NCBI GenBank assembly: GCA_946965045.2
Contig: OX337238.1
Location: forward strand, 2,046,001-2,110,000
DNA from: Epithemia pelagica
Lineage: Eukaryota; Protista; Bacillariophyta
Reading direction: 5' to 3'
DNA: 64,000 bases
Both the position numbers and the translations under genes were made by a program. Below are positions 49,151 through 61,330 of the stretch, one piece after another (within the stretch, counting starts at the first letter, position 1; every line of letters starts with the position of its first letter). The notes below the pieces were generated by a model. It did no database searches. It was not told the origin of the DNA and was given only the letters and a program-made list of their open reading frames with translations.

Positions 49151-50853
49151 ATGAAGCTTCAAGAATTGTGTTTGGCTTTGACAAGCCTTGTCGTTGTGTC
49201 GGCAGCGCGTGGACTGGGAGGATTTTCGGCCGACAGTCCGGCCGGAAAACGGCTCTTGCGGTCCGCTGTGGTCGAACAAGAGCCGGACCGTAACCTCGAA
49301 GACAATGGATGGAACTTGGGCTCCATGTACATCAAGTACGATGGATGCAGTAGTTTCAATGATCGTGGGGATGACTACTACACCTACTGGCAAGAATACA
49401 ACAACAACGGATATGGTTACAACAACAACAATAACAACAACAACAACCGACAATACAACAACTACTACTTCAAGAACAACAACAATGGCAATCGCCATTT
49501 GGAAGACTACAACTACAACAATAACAACAACAACAACAACAACGGCGACAATGGTCTCCAATTGGTCAACCTCGTTCGATTCACGCTCTGTTACGACAGC
49601 AATTGTGGTGCCTGTACCGGTCAATTTGCCATTGACATGATGACCTTCCTCTACGCCTACGACGAGCACCAGACAACCTTGTTGCAAGGTCGATGTGAGT
49701 CGATTCGCAACAGTTGCTACTGCGATCAAAACCAAAATCAATACTACAACGAAGGAAATCAAAACCAAGGCCGCTACCAACAAAACTGCTACAACAGTTG
49801 TTACAGCCAAGCCGGTTTGAGCGAATGCTCGCAATTTGATAACTATGGTTATAATGGACAACAAAACGGAGAGGATGCGCAGTTTGTTCTCAGTGATTAT
49901 CTTGATTGTAAAGGTACGTTCATGACGAGTCTGAACCCCTTTGTCACACACATATATAGTGTGACTCACTTTGTTCTCTCTCCTGTCTTTCACGTCCTGC
50001 AGAAATGGACTACTATCCCGCAGGCTATGCCAACTACCAACAGAATGGCAATGCCGCTGGTTACTACAACAATCAAAACCAGAACTATGACAACGCCATT
50101 TACTACGTGGGCCCCTACTGCAAGGATGCCAGTTTGATTTACTTGGGCACCTTTTTGGATAACGAGTGCACGTACACCGCCACCCATGCGACGTTTACCT
50201 CCCAGTACAAGACCAACAACGGCGAATCCTTTCCCTACTTTGACACGCCTATTGTGGCCAGTGAAGAATGCATTTCTTGTCAAGACGAAGACGAAGAATT
50301 GGAAATGGAAAACAATGCCAACGCACAACAGGGCAACAACGCCAACAACAACAATGCCTACCAATACATGCAACGTTATTACTACAACAATGGACAAGAC
50401 CAACAACAACAACAACAGGAAGAGCAACAAAACGCACAAACCAACGAATTGTGTGGCTACATTGAAAAGGGAGACGAGGATATTGTGATTTCCTGCGTCT
50501 ACCAAAACGGAGGCAACGGTAACGGCAATGGTAATTACGAAAAGAACTATGCTGGTTGCAGTTATTTGGATATGCTTCCCAAATTGGATGGCCGATACAA
50601 GAATTCGGTGGCTGACATTTCCAACAAGCTAAAGTTGCAAGACAGTTACACGGTTGTCTTGGCCGTTTTGGCAGTGATCATGGTCATGACCATTTGCGTC
50701 ATTACCATGTGCAATCCGTCTTCGATTCCTGATCGAAACGCCAGACTGATCGACATGGATGAGGTACCATCACAACTCAATGCCATGCCTGGAACGGGGT
50801 CCGACCTCCAACCCGCCCTCACTTCGGTGGGTGTCGAAGCCATTGTCGATTAA
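49151..50853 (+). CDS. Silicanin-like type I membrane protein (2 exons)
   Basis: Signal peptide, RXL motifs (RLL, RNL, RHL), N/Q-rich and Cys-rich ectodomain, YYVGPYC, one C-terminal TM and a short tail. Intron 49914-50002 (GT..AG) restores the frame. Confidence 0.7.
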
Positions 50854-51608
50854 GGAATTGAAACAACGGACAACCACAAGAAGACGAAGAAGAGGAAGAC
50901 TCTTTTTCCTTTGATTGATTGATGTGAAAGGTCGTCCATCACGAACCTTGGCACACTCACACACACTCTGTACTAAGTATATATATTTGTTTTGATGAAG
51001 GAAGAAAAATCAGAACTGTAGTCGTAGAGTATGGGACTTGATGTTTTTGTATGTAACGAATAATTTAAATCATTTCTTCTGCATTCGATTTCGCGTGCCA
51101 CAATGGACGAATAAAAGTAATCAGCCATGCCTGCTAGATCGTCTTCCTCCAACAGGACATTGTGAGAACAGGTGAGGCGTCTGAGCTTTTCGGGATAGGA
51201 ATTTCTAGGTATTTCCATCACTGAGGCCCCTTCTTCTTGGTGCCTCTTTGGCACGGCCGGATCGATCGTCGTCGCCACGGCTGTCCATCGTCCCATTGAA
51301 GATCAATGAAGTAGTTGTATTTGTATTCTCCTGGTCGTAGGTTGTGCTGCTACAACCTTCAACCTTCAGTTACTCCTACTCCTACTAGGAGTACAATGGT
51401 TGCTGAAAAGTCGACGTATAGCAGACATAGCGAAACACCCAGTCGCACAAATCTTTCGTGCCGCGAAAGATCCCTTTTTCCCGCAGATCTTTGATTGTCG
51501 TGATCTTTTCTTTTCATGAAGATTAATAGAACAAGTCGAGAACATTACAACCCAGAACGAAAACGTCACCCTTCAAGGTTTCTTCCATGATCCATACAGT
51601 ATCCAACC

Positions 51609-53297
51609 ATGGGAACGCCAGTCGAAGAAGCAAGCGATCCATCATGGAAAGACAAGTTGTTTGATTACATTGATTCCCAACAAACCACGTACATTCAACG
51701 ATTGGCAGAAGCGGTTGCGTAAGTGCTGGATGAATGGTTTTTGTGTGAACTGTACGACGTAGTCGTATTGGATTGTCGAATCGTCTTACTCTTGGTTGTG
51801 GGTTCTACACGTTTCAATTCTGTGTTTGGTCACGTGCATACACACACAACTACAGCATTCCATCCGTCTCGTCCGAACTTCCGGATCGGTTGCCCGACAT
51901 TGTACGAATGATGGAATGGACGGCAGGTCATATTGAACGACTCGGAGGGACGGTAGAGTTACGGCCCAATCCATCGTCCACACCGGAACGTGCGCTTCCA
52001 CCAATTTTGTTGGCAACGTTGGGTACACCGGATCCCTCCAAGAAAACGGTGTGTGTCTATGGCCATTTGGATGTGCAACCGGCCTCGAAAGAGGATGGAT
52101 GGGATTCCGATCCCTTTGTCTTGACGGAACGCAATGGAAAATTATATGGACGAGGATCTACCGATGACAAGGGACCAGCCTTGGCATGGATGTGGATTGT
52201 CGAAGCTCATCAAGCGCTCGGCATGGACTTGCCCGTCAATCTCAAAATACTGTACGAAGGCATGGAAGAATACGGTTCGGACGGCTTGTTTTAACTGATT
52301 GCCCAAGAAGCCACACAGTTTTTGAAGAATGTCGATTTCTTTTGCATTTCCGACAACTACTGGCTGGGCAAGAACAAACCTTGTGTAACGTATGGATTGC
52401 GGGGATTGGCCTACTTTACCCTGTCGGTCCAGGGATGTGAACAAGATTTGCATTCTGGTACATTGGGGGGATCAGTCCATGAAGCCATGACGGATCTTGT
52501 TCGTGTCATGGCGTCTCTGGTCGATTCCCAAGGCACCATTTTGGTGGACGGTGTAATGGACCATGTGGCACCCTTGGCCCCCGAGGAAGGAGCCCTCTAT
52601 GAGACTATTGATTTCAATGTCGAGGCATTTGCGCAAGAAAATCGCATCACGTCCGGAAAGCTCCTCAAAAATGACAAGAAAGGTGTCTTGTTGGGACGGT
52701 GGAAGTATCCGACCTTGTCCTTGCATGGAATTGAAGGTGCCTTTTCGGGTGCGGGCGCCAAAACTGTCATTCCGGCCAAGGTCATTGGCAAGTTCTCTCT
52801 TCGACTGGTCCCCGATCAAGATCCCAACCAAATTAAAGACTGTGTCGAACGACATGTCCAACGCGAATTTGCCAAGTTGAAATCTCCCAACACCTACCAC
52901 TTGACCATGGAGCATGGATCCAAGGCCTGGATGTCTTCTCCGACGCACCCCAATTTCCAAGCAGCCGCCGCAGCGATTAGTCAAGTGTACGGCGTCGATC
53001 CCGACTTTACTCGGGAAGGAGGATCCATTCCTGTGACCAACGCCATGGAAGAGGCCACGGGTCTCAATGTGTTGCTCTTGCCGATTGGTGCCTGCGACGA
53101 TATGGCGCATTCCCAATGAAAAGTTTAACGTCTCCAACATGATGAACGGCACCAAGGTATTGGCCTTGTATCTGCATCAAGTGGCCAACCTTCCGGGACC
53201 CAAGCCCTCCGAGTGTTGCTGCGATCCATTGACGGATGAAGAACTCATGGTGCCGGGTGCGTTTATGAAAGGATTCAAGTGTAAATGCGCCATGTAG
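51609..53297 (+). pseudogene. CNDP2: Cytosolic non-specific dipeptidase (M20 family) with a nonsense codon and a frameshift
   Basis: [32 protein letters not shown] and REGGSIP motifs. Intron 51719-51855; in-frame TAA at 52292-52294; frameshift at HSQ/NEK near 53115. Confidence 0.9.
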
Positions 53298-53469
53298 ATA
53301 TAGGGGTGTCTTTCCTTGAACTGTCAGTGATTGCATCTTTCGTATCCCTGGGCCTTTCTGTCGTTGCAACCATAGCGTCCACCAAAATCAAAGAGACCGC
53401 GTGAATGTACGGTAGAACGAATGCTTGCTTTATTCGTGCCTTGTAGTTTCGTTCAGTCCATTGGTTTCG

Positions 53470-55674
53470 TCACGACGTTTTTTTTGTTTGTTTGGTTTGA
53501 CGGAGACAAAAGTCGTGTAGTTTCTGGGCGTTTGCCAATACCTGCTGGTTGTGGTTGGTGGTGGTGGTGGAAGAATCGACACCCACAAGGGGGGACAAAA
53601 TCTCGACGGCCTCACGAAATCGATCTTGATTGGCGACCCGGAGACCGTAATTGAGTCGAAGGGCCGTTCGATCCTGGTCCACATCGCATCCCGCCTGAAA
53701 GGAGTCTTCCAAAAGTTGGAGGCCCGTTTGATACGTCTCTTCAATCTGTTGGCGGAACTGATCGTCGGCTGCCGCCGTCTCGTTGTACTCGTGTCCCCAA
53801 CCTTGTTGTGGTGGTTGTGGTTGTCGTGCCGTGCCCAGTTTGGTCAAGGCTAATCCTAGATTGTTGTAAATGCGTCCATCGCAGGGTGTATAGTGCAGTG
53901 CCTCCTGATAGGCACGACACGCCAGCGTCAACAACCTCTGGACCAAGGGTGGATCATTGTCGTGTGGCAGTGGCGTCGTTGTTGGTGTGTCGTCGTGGTT
54001 GGAGTTGTCCAACGACAAGACGTGATTGGCCCAGGTCATGAGAGCATTGCCCATGTACTGAAAGGCTTCGCCATCCGTGGGTACTGCCTCGACGGCCAAT
54101 CGATTGTGCAAGAGCGAACACAGATAGGGAGGAGGAATGTCCTCCTGTTCCGTATCATCATTCGTGTGATTCTTCTTCCATAATAGGGAGGATGCCAGAC
54201 ATTCGTGCTGACAGTGTTTCAACAAGGCTGCTTGAATCCACGCCGGAGGCATACGAGTCGTGCTGGTAGACGCGGACGAGGAGATTCCCGACACAAAGAG
54301 TACCAGCACATCTCGGACGCCGTGAAGGGTATTGGCACCGGCATGTCGTTCGGCGGACGAATGCAACAAGCAATGACCGACCCCGGCCGGTTGGAGGGCC
54401 CGTATCGTGTCGCTGCGATTGTGCTCGTCGTGGTTGGAACCGGCCCGGAGTTGACGTTCAAAAAAGGTTCCCCCACCGTCAAAGTCGGAATTGAGCATGA
54501 GATTGGCCGACACCAAACTCAAATCTCGATGCAAGGGTTGTCCCGCTCCTTTACGACCACCCGGTCCATTGTTGTTGTCGTTGTCTGGTTGGAAAGGATG
54601 CACGGCGGCTGCAGCGGCTTGCGTGGCATTGTACCGAATGTACAAGGCATCATAGACAAAGAGCACCAGCTCGTCGTTGTCGTCGCTCTTGTCATGGACA
54701 GGGGTGAAGGACACTGATGAACCACGCAGCAAGGGCAAAAAGTGTTGGACAATGGCGGGATAAATGTGGTGGAGGAGCAATTCATTCACGAGGGACACCA
54801 CGGTCGGTCCCAACTCGGCCACGTGCGCTTCGGAATTTCCGGGTCGTTGATAGGTAAATCGAGATGTCGTGGTTGTCGTTGTGGAAGAGGAATCCTCCGG
54901 GGCCGTCGTGGCCGCCCAGTGTTGTTCGGCGGCGTGTCGAATCACGTCAATCGTACTTTGGTTCCAGAGCGGCCGTGTGGATTGCACAACGGCCTGGAAT
55001 GGTGGTTGGTCTGGTTGCGGCGACAGAGCCGGACTCCAGGTCGTTGTGGTGGATTCCGGCGGCGTCCCATTGTGTTGCATCTGGTTGTTTTGGCATGTGG
55101 TGGTTGATGACAAGGACGACGACGATGACCGTACAAAGGCGGAGGGAGCCTGGTCGACATCGGCCGCATTTCGTTGTCGCGTTCGTTGGTAGATTCGTTG
55201 GACCAGTTGGGACAAGCGACTGGAGGATTCGTGAGTCTTGTTGTTTGAAAAACCTTGATTCAAGTGTTGGTCCAACAATTGATCGACGTGACGTAGAAAG
55301 GAGGAGGAGGAGACATTTGTGTTTTGGTGGTGAAGCTCCAAGAAGGGATCCTCCCGATCCGGATCATGATGATCCTCCTTTTCCAGGGACGACGGACTTT
55401 GGACGGACAAGCAGGAAACCCAATTCGGCATCCTCCTCTTGTTGTTGTTGGAATCCTGCCTGTTTCTCCAACTCCAGTGAAACTCGTGGTGGTCCCCGAG
55501 TGTCTTTCCGGAGAATGGTGGTGGAACGAATAATGGAGAAGGAGGATGATGAGAGGTTGGAACCTGCAGCGGCACCCAAAAGGATCCAACCACGGACGAC
55601 GACGTTGTCGTCCAAAGCAGCAGTGCACTCCAGCACCAAACCACGACATTCCACAACAATCGTTTTGTCCCCAT
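53470..55674 (-). CDS. 2OG-Fe(II) oxygenase with C-terminal TPR-like repeats, probably plastid-targeted
   Basis: LHRD...DFDGGGTFFE...RHAG...RDVLVLF (HxD...H...R) and RIYNNLGLAL; signal peptide followed by GSF-W; ATG at 55674. Confidence 0.82.
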   Translation of the reverse strand: MGTKRLLWNVVVWCWSALLLWTTTSSSVVGSFWVPLQVPTSHHPPSPLFVPPPFSGKTLGDHHEFHWSWRNRQDSNNNKRRMPNWVSCLSVQSPSSLEKEDHHDPDREDPFLELHHQNTNVSSSSFLRHVDQLLDQHLNQGFSNNKTHESSSRLSQLVQRIYQRTRQRNAADVDQAPSAFVRSSSSSLSSTTTCQNNQMQHNGTPPESTTTTWSPALSPQPDQPPFQAVVQSTRPLWNQSTIDVIRHAAEQHWAATTAPEDSSSTTTTTTSRFTYQRPGNSEAHVAELGPTVVSLVNELLLHHIYPAIVQHFLPLLRGSSVSFTPVHDKSDDNDELVLFVYDALYIRYNATQAAAAAVHPFQPDNDNNNGPGGRKGAGQPLHRDLSLVSANLMLNSDFDGGGTFFERQLRAGSNHDEHNRSDTIRALQPAGVGHCLLHSSAERHAGANTLHGVRDVLVLFVSGISSSASTSTTRMPPAWIQAALLKHCQHECLASSLLWKKNHTNDDTEQEDIPPPYLCSLLHNRLAVEAVPTDGEAFQYMGNALMTWANHVLSLDNSNHDDTPTTTPLPHDNDPPLVQRLLTLACRAYQEALHYTPCDGRIYNNLGLALTKLGTARQPQPPQQGWGHEYNETAAADDQFRQQIEETYQTGLQLLEDSFQAGCDVDQDRTALRLNYGLRVANQDRFREAVEILSPLVGVDSSTTTTNHNQQVLANAQKLHDFCLRQTKQTKKTS

Positions 55675-56815
55675 CGAACCACAACAACAAGAAGAAGAAG
55701 AAGCTTGGTAGCAACCACCACTACTAGGATGGTCCCCTCGGACCAGGACCGTCGTGGAGTGGGTGGGTGTCATGGCGGATACACGCACCACCACTACCAC
55801 TCGGTGCGCGCACGTTTGGGTCTGATGGGTGGAATCCGTGACTGAACGAACAACAAAAGTACCGAAATATGTAGACTACCTCTAAGGAAAAAAGAGATGT
55901 CTCTCATCTAACTTATCTTGCTTCGACCTACTCCTAGCTAGTAGTTTTCTGAAATGAACCTCATATTTAGAACATATAATGCAGTGATAGGAGTAATATT
56001 CATTTTGTTTTTGTATCCTGTAGATGATATCACAATGTTGAAGGTCTTAATCAGTAGCACCGCATCATTGCCTTGTATCAGAGTGGAAAACGAACCAGAA
56101 ATTCCTTACATTAAGACCATGCAATGGTACAGCAAGACAACAGTATATAGAAACTTACGTATCGACGATTCATTTGCTGTTGCGCGCTATCCGCAGTCTG
56201 AGTACTCTGTTTGACATCTTGATGGAGGAGGAGACGAGGTTGTTGAACCATCATGGGATATAAGACATTTACCCTTTGTCCAGTAATATGCTTGGCGTTC
56301 GTGGCGAATCCCGCTTTGGTCATGCCGACGTGGGTTAAGAATCCAAATCTCGGTGCACTTCTTCTCCCACGAGAGTTCAAAATGGCTCCACCAGGACCTC
56401 TCCCGGGCAGAAGTACACCAGGACAATCAATACTGCAATTGCCTCAAACAAGAAGCGAATTCATTTTGCTCCTGGTGTTGTTGGCGTTGCTTTCTTGTAG
56501 CGCGGGACTTGGCGCTTTCTGCAGCTCTCTCTCTCAAATTGACAGGAAGGGTTGGGGCATGAGGTTCAAGTTGTTCCAGTTTGACCCATCCACCAGTGAT
56601 ATGTTGGGTATGGTGGTGGTGGTGGTGGCGGCATACGATGCATCTTCAGCATCCGTAGTGTGTCTCTTGTGCTGGTGATACACGGTGTGAATGGTTTATT
56701 GGCCGTTTGCCGCCAGTGCTACGTCTGATTGTTGAGTAAGCTTGGCCAACTTGCCCCATCATCAGCAAGTACCATGCACTACTCATTTGTATTGCCATAG
56801 CAATCTGTGCACCAA

Positions 56816-57800
56816 TCAACCAGATTGAGAATCATATTTTTGCAGAGTCTGACGTGACTCTCCCACACCAGTTCCGACAAACACCAATTCATAACGCAGT
56901 TCCAAGGATGTTCTGCTGTCTGCAGTGTTGGGTTGGTCGAGCCTTGGGCTTCGACCAGCAGTGATAGTCATGGTGACGCGGTTGCATTCAAGGTACTTGT
57001 CGGTTTGTTCCATTGGTGACGATAAGTGTGGTGTGTTCCAGTTGTTTGTGGACGAGGCTAGACAGGGTTGGATTGCCGCCGCTGTCGACTCGGCGAAGGC
57101 GAGGATACTGCTACAATTATTGTTGTTGCTGCAGGTGGCAGTGCAACTGTCGTTTTTGAGCAACTGGTTTTGTTTCGAGTCTTCTTCCAACAACAAGGAG
57201 CTTTCCAGTGACGATTGGTTCTCGACAATCTTGCCGAGGAACGATGGCGGTGACTGTGATGAGGGTGCAACGGTCTCCGAATAAAATAGGACCGTTCGGG
57301 TCGTCTGGTCAGCAAGGCCCTATTGACAACGTCTTTGGGACTGGCACCGTCACGCCACGCGTTGGCAACAATCACCGCGTCGCAAATTCGACGAGCCGTG
57401 CGATTGTATGCCGTCAGAACCAGATTGTCCACAACCACAGTGCCTCCACGACGCTCTAATCCACATTCCATATCCTTTTCCATAATTCGACTGTGCATTT
57501 CCAGTAAGGCGAACGCCTTGTTTTCATCCTCCAATTGTTCAAACTCTGTTAAATTGACTTTGCGGGTGATGCGGTCGGAAAGTTGTCGATAGACGCGCAA
57601 TAGCTTCTTCATATGAACCGGTTCCACATAGTATTTGGCTAAACGGCTACTGCGTGCGTAGCGACTGCACGACGCTCGTTCCGTCATTGTATGGATCAAT
57701 CGAGTTGTCTTCCGAGACCTCATCGTCGTCAACATCGTCATTGTCATCATCTTCGTCCTCTTCATATTGGTCAATGTCCTCAAGAGGATGTCGATAGTGA
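56816..57800 (-). pseudogene. Hypothetical gene with apparent frameshifts
   Basis: An acidic segment (DIDQYEEDEDDD..) in one frame joins a globular segment (SSRLAKYYVEP...DAVIVANAW) in another near 57670; a further shift appears near 57270. Confidence 0.4.
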
Positions 57801-57896
57801 TGCTGTTGGTAGGACTTTTCCCTTCGCCAAACAGCAGAAGATCATATCGTGGAGGCCGATATTACCAGCCTCATGAAGCTTATGAAAGATGAATTC

Positions 57897-58027
57897 GCAG
57901 ACATAGCGGCGGATCTGACAGTGATGAAAGCAGACATAGCGGCGAATCTGACAGTGATGAAAGCAGACATAGCGGCGGATCTGACAGTGATGAAAGCAGA
58001 CATAGCGGTGGATCTGACAGTGATGAA
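57897..58027. repeat. 33-bp tandem repeat x4 (encodes ADIAADLTVMK on +)
   Basis: GCAGACATAGCGG.. recurs at 57897, 57930, 57963 and 57996. Confidence 0.95.
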
Positions 58028-58060
58028 TGTGGGTCGATCTGGATTGTTTCCAGCAGCAGC

Positions 58061-58222
58061 ACCACCAAGAACCATTATCCCGTTGGCTGCGTCGACGGTT
58101 CGTTCTCTGTTCGGACAGACCCGTAATTCTGCTGCTGACAGCACGTCCCAGCAGACCCACGGGTCTATCCGAACAGAGAACGAACCGTCGACGCAGCCAA
58201 CGGGATGATGGTTCTTGGTGGT
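58061..58222. repeat. Inverted repeat (64-bp arms, 34-nt loop) flanked by direct repeats
   Basis: 58061-58124 versus 58159-58222, 62/64 complementary. GGGTCGATCTGG..CACCACC occurs at 58031-58066 and 58228-58260. Confidence 0.95.
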
Positions 58223-59088
58223 CGATTGGGTCGATCTGGGTTGTTTCCAGCAGCACCACCTCCATGGGGAATCCACCTACCATGGCGAGAATTCAACAGA
58301 GGCGGGTTCATCATCCAACCGGGAACATCCCCGTGCTCCAAAGCGCAAAGAGGAGAACAAGGACGACGATTGCAAACACTAGAAGCAGCGTCGTCCTTCT
58401 TTTAAAAAACAACGATGAGTATCCCGAGCACAACAAGGATCTACGGTAGACGGGGACGAGAATACCCACAACATAATACCAATAGAACGAATAGGGATAC
58501 CAGTACAACTTGATTGCTTCGGTACTGGGCTTTCGTAGTTCGGACAGCGCATCCTCTCGTGTATCGTGGCATTTGGTTTCGCGACGACCACAAGACACAT
58601 CCAGAGAATGAAGGTTGACCCCGCGGACGAATTTTATCTTGGATCACTCTACCTCCTGTTGTGTTCAGTTTTGAAAAAGGAAGGACCGCCTTTTGCTTCT
58701 TCGAACATGGCACTGCCAATTTCGATGGTGGTTTTATTCTAGCTACCCAGGACCGTCGTGGACTGGGTGGGTGTCATTGTGTCATGGTGAATGGTGACAG
58801 TCGTTGACCACCACCCAAGTTTGGGGAATTGGCTTTGCGCACATCAGTCGCGCGGGACCTAATCTTCGCACGGACGACTCGCAACCAGCGTACTGCTGGC
58901 GCGCTGATTGCTGATCCCATGATGATGATGCCTCACAAGCTTCCCTCCGTGCGTGACGGGTGACGGACGGTGACCGACCGACCGTGATATCGCGCATCGT
59001 AGCCGGCGCGCTGATGCGATGGGGTGTCACGTGTTCACGACAAAACTCGAGAATACTCTACACGGTACAATAGAGACAAACAACAACA

Positions 59089-59919
59089 ATGGTCACCATC
59101 GAATCGCAGATCACCATGACGACGAACGATCCAAAGGATATTCCTGCTCTAGATCCATTGCAATCCGGAAAGAACGATAATCCCGCAGCTGGCATTGATG
59201 CTGCAAGTCCTTTGAATGGAACTGCAGCCCGACTTGAGCATCCAACACGCAAACGCTTGGCCATGGCCGATCCCGCACTTGCCACCCCAGCCGAACTCAC
59301 GGCGTCCATACGCTGGAAGCACCAAGTGGAAGAATCGGCCCAGTTCGATGGCGCAGCAACGCCGGAATGGGCGCAGGAATTGCGGCGGCAAATACAAACG
59401 ATGCAGCAAGCGATACAGCAAACGATTCAACAAATGCAGCATGGTGAAGAATCGGCCCAGCTCGATGGCGCAGCAACGCCGAAATGGCCGCAGGGATTGA
59501 GGCGTCAAATACAGGACGACATGCCGGAGCAAACAGCGTCATTGCAACAAATGCAGCAGCAAATGCAACAAATGCAGCAAACGATGCAACAAATGCAGCA
59601 AACGATGCAGCAAATGCAGCAACAAATGCAGCAGCAAAATCTGGAATTGCGTTGGCTCATCCAGGAAGAAAGCGCACGATCCAAGAATCGGGCCCTGCGT
59701 TCCAATCAAGATCGGATGGAACCTTTGATTCGAACGAGGGACGGAACGTCTCCCACTGCGGAACCGCACAACTTGTGGTTTCCGGCCAACAATGAGGAAT
59801 TGTACTATGCGGAGGCGTCCCAGGTCGACGCTCTTTTGGCCTTTTACAGCCTGGAAACCACTGGACTCGTTCCGGAGCGCAAGAAACGCCTCCGACAACA
59901 TTTGCAAGTGATTCTCTAA
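59089..59919 (+). CDS. Coiled-coil protein with Mug135-like C-terminal domain
   Basis: 117-bp internal duplication (EESAQ.DGAATP.W), QQMQQTM heptads, C-terminus ARSKN..MEPL..FPANNEEL..LLAFYSL..RKKRLRQHL. Confidence 0.6.
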   Translation: MVTIESQITMTTNDPKDIPALDPLQSGKNDNPAAGIDAASPLNGTAARLEHPTRKRLAMADPALATPAELTASIRWKHQVEESAQFDGAATPEWAQELRRQIQTMQQAIQQTIQQMQHGEESAQLDGAATPKWPQGLRRQIQDDMPEQTASLQQMQQQMQQMQQTMQQMQQTMQQMQQQMQQQNLELRWLIQEESARSKNRALRSNQDRMEPLIRTRDGTSPTAEPHNLWFPANNEELYYAEASQVDALLAFYSLETTGLVPERKKRLRQHLQVIL

Positions 59920-60899
59920 GTACCCCAGGGTTCGGGGGGTCGAAAGTGCGCATCCTAGTAGGTAGTCAGTTTCGCAGTCCGTGCGACTCGTGTGGAGACT
60001 TGTGAGAATGTGAATGATGCATCTTGGTCCAACGCAATATCCAAACCTGTCTACCCCTACGAATCATATAATATATTCTTCATAGCAGCAATCATAATGA
60101 ATAAAGCAGAATGATCGACAGGACCATAACCCACTATTGACTCGTTGTCCCATACGTTTCGGCTGTTGCCATTCCAATGCCTCGTAGAGCCACGCATCCA
60201 GAACAAGCGAAATGTGAGAAAGTGTGTTTGTAAGTAAGTACAACCAATTCTAGCCCACACTTGTTGTTGTTGTGGCTTCTCGAGAGTGACAGGCGGCCGA
60301 TTGGGGAAAGCCCTTGACTCCGGCCGAAGCACCGGTAAACAAAATAAATGGCACCCTTGGTTTCACTTGTCGTCGTCGTCGTCGTTTGTTGTTGCAACAT
60401 GGCCTTGGAGCCTTCTTATCCAAACAAAAAAGATCCATATCCCGAATGTCCATGGCTCGTTTCACTTTCACCTGTTGGGGATCCACCTCTGGATTCGGAC
60501 CCTTGAGACGCGGAGAGATGGATTGTACAAGGCGAACGTCGGTGGACAACGACAGGCGGCAAACAAAAGTCTTGGACTGGCTGCGGTTGCGTGGCATCGC
60601 AAGTCACACTCGTAGCCTGGAGTTCCGTCGTCCAAAAGCCTTGAAACTCGGTACTGTTGCGGGCTCCCAAGACCAATTCATAGCTTGGCCGATGCAACAA
60701 TCGGGCCACTGATACCGACAAGCCATTGCCGACACACTGGCACTGGTTTGGCCACCGAAACCATACTGTTGTTTCTTCGATTCCGAACAAAAAATAGTAG
60801 CAATAGGAGGTGATGATGGTTTGTCAAGGAATGGAGATTGTCCTTTTGTGTGTGCTCAACGTCGTTGCAGAGGTGTTGCGACACGAAAAGGTATCTTTT

Positions 60900-61330
60900 C
60901 CATCTGAGGGATCCTCCGGTTTGTCTCTCCAGAAGGAAGGATCTGCCAGGGACGACGGATCCAACGACGGACGTTTGACCGACAACCAGGAAACCCAATT
61001 CTGCATCCTCCTCTTGTTGATGTTAAAATCCTGCCTACTTGTCCAACTCCAGTGAAACTCGTCATGGTCCTCGAGTGCCTTTCCGGAGAATGGTCGTGGA
61101 ACAAATGGATAAGGATAATGAGAGGTTGGAACCTGCAGCGGCACCCAAAAGGATCCAACCACGGTCGACAACTTTGACATCCAAAGCAGGAGTGCACTCC
61201 AGCACCAAACCAAGACATTCCACAACATTCGTTTCGTCCCCATCGAACCACAACAAACAGAAGAAGAACGGCAACCACCATGATGGTCCCCTCCGACCAG
61301 GACCGTCGTGGACTGGGTGGGTGTCATGGT
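60900..61330 (-). pseudogene. Truncated duplicate of the 5' end of the 2OG-oxygenase gene
   Basis: MGTKRMLWNVLVWCWSALLLW..VVGSFWVPLQVPTSH parallels 55674-55350; similarity is lost near 60900. Confidence 0.85.

Noticed and set aside
33927-52294. Stop-codon reassignment to explain in-frame TAA/TAG
   Set aside because: Intact genes here end in TAA or TAG (antiporter TAA, DCTN5 TAA, GST TAG), and frameshifts accompany the stops.
57897-58027. CRISPR-like array
   Set aside because: The 33-bp units are contiguous with no unique spacers, there are no cas genes, and the context is eukaryotic.
60134-60790. MutY-like fragment (HTFSHF) in two in-frame ORFs split by a stop
   Set aside because: A single short motif with no HhH or Fe-S motifs; identity cannot be supported.
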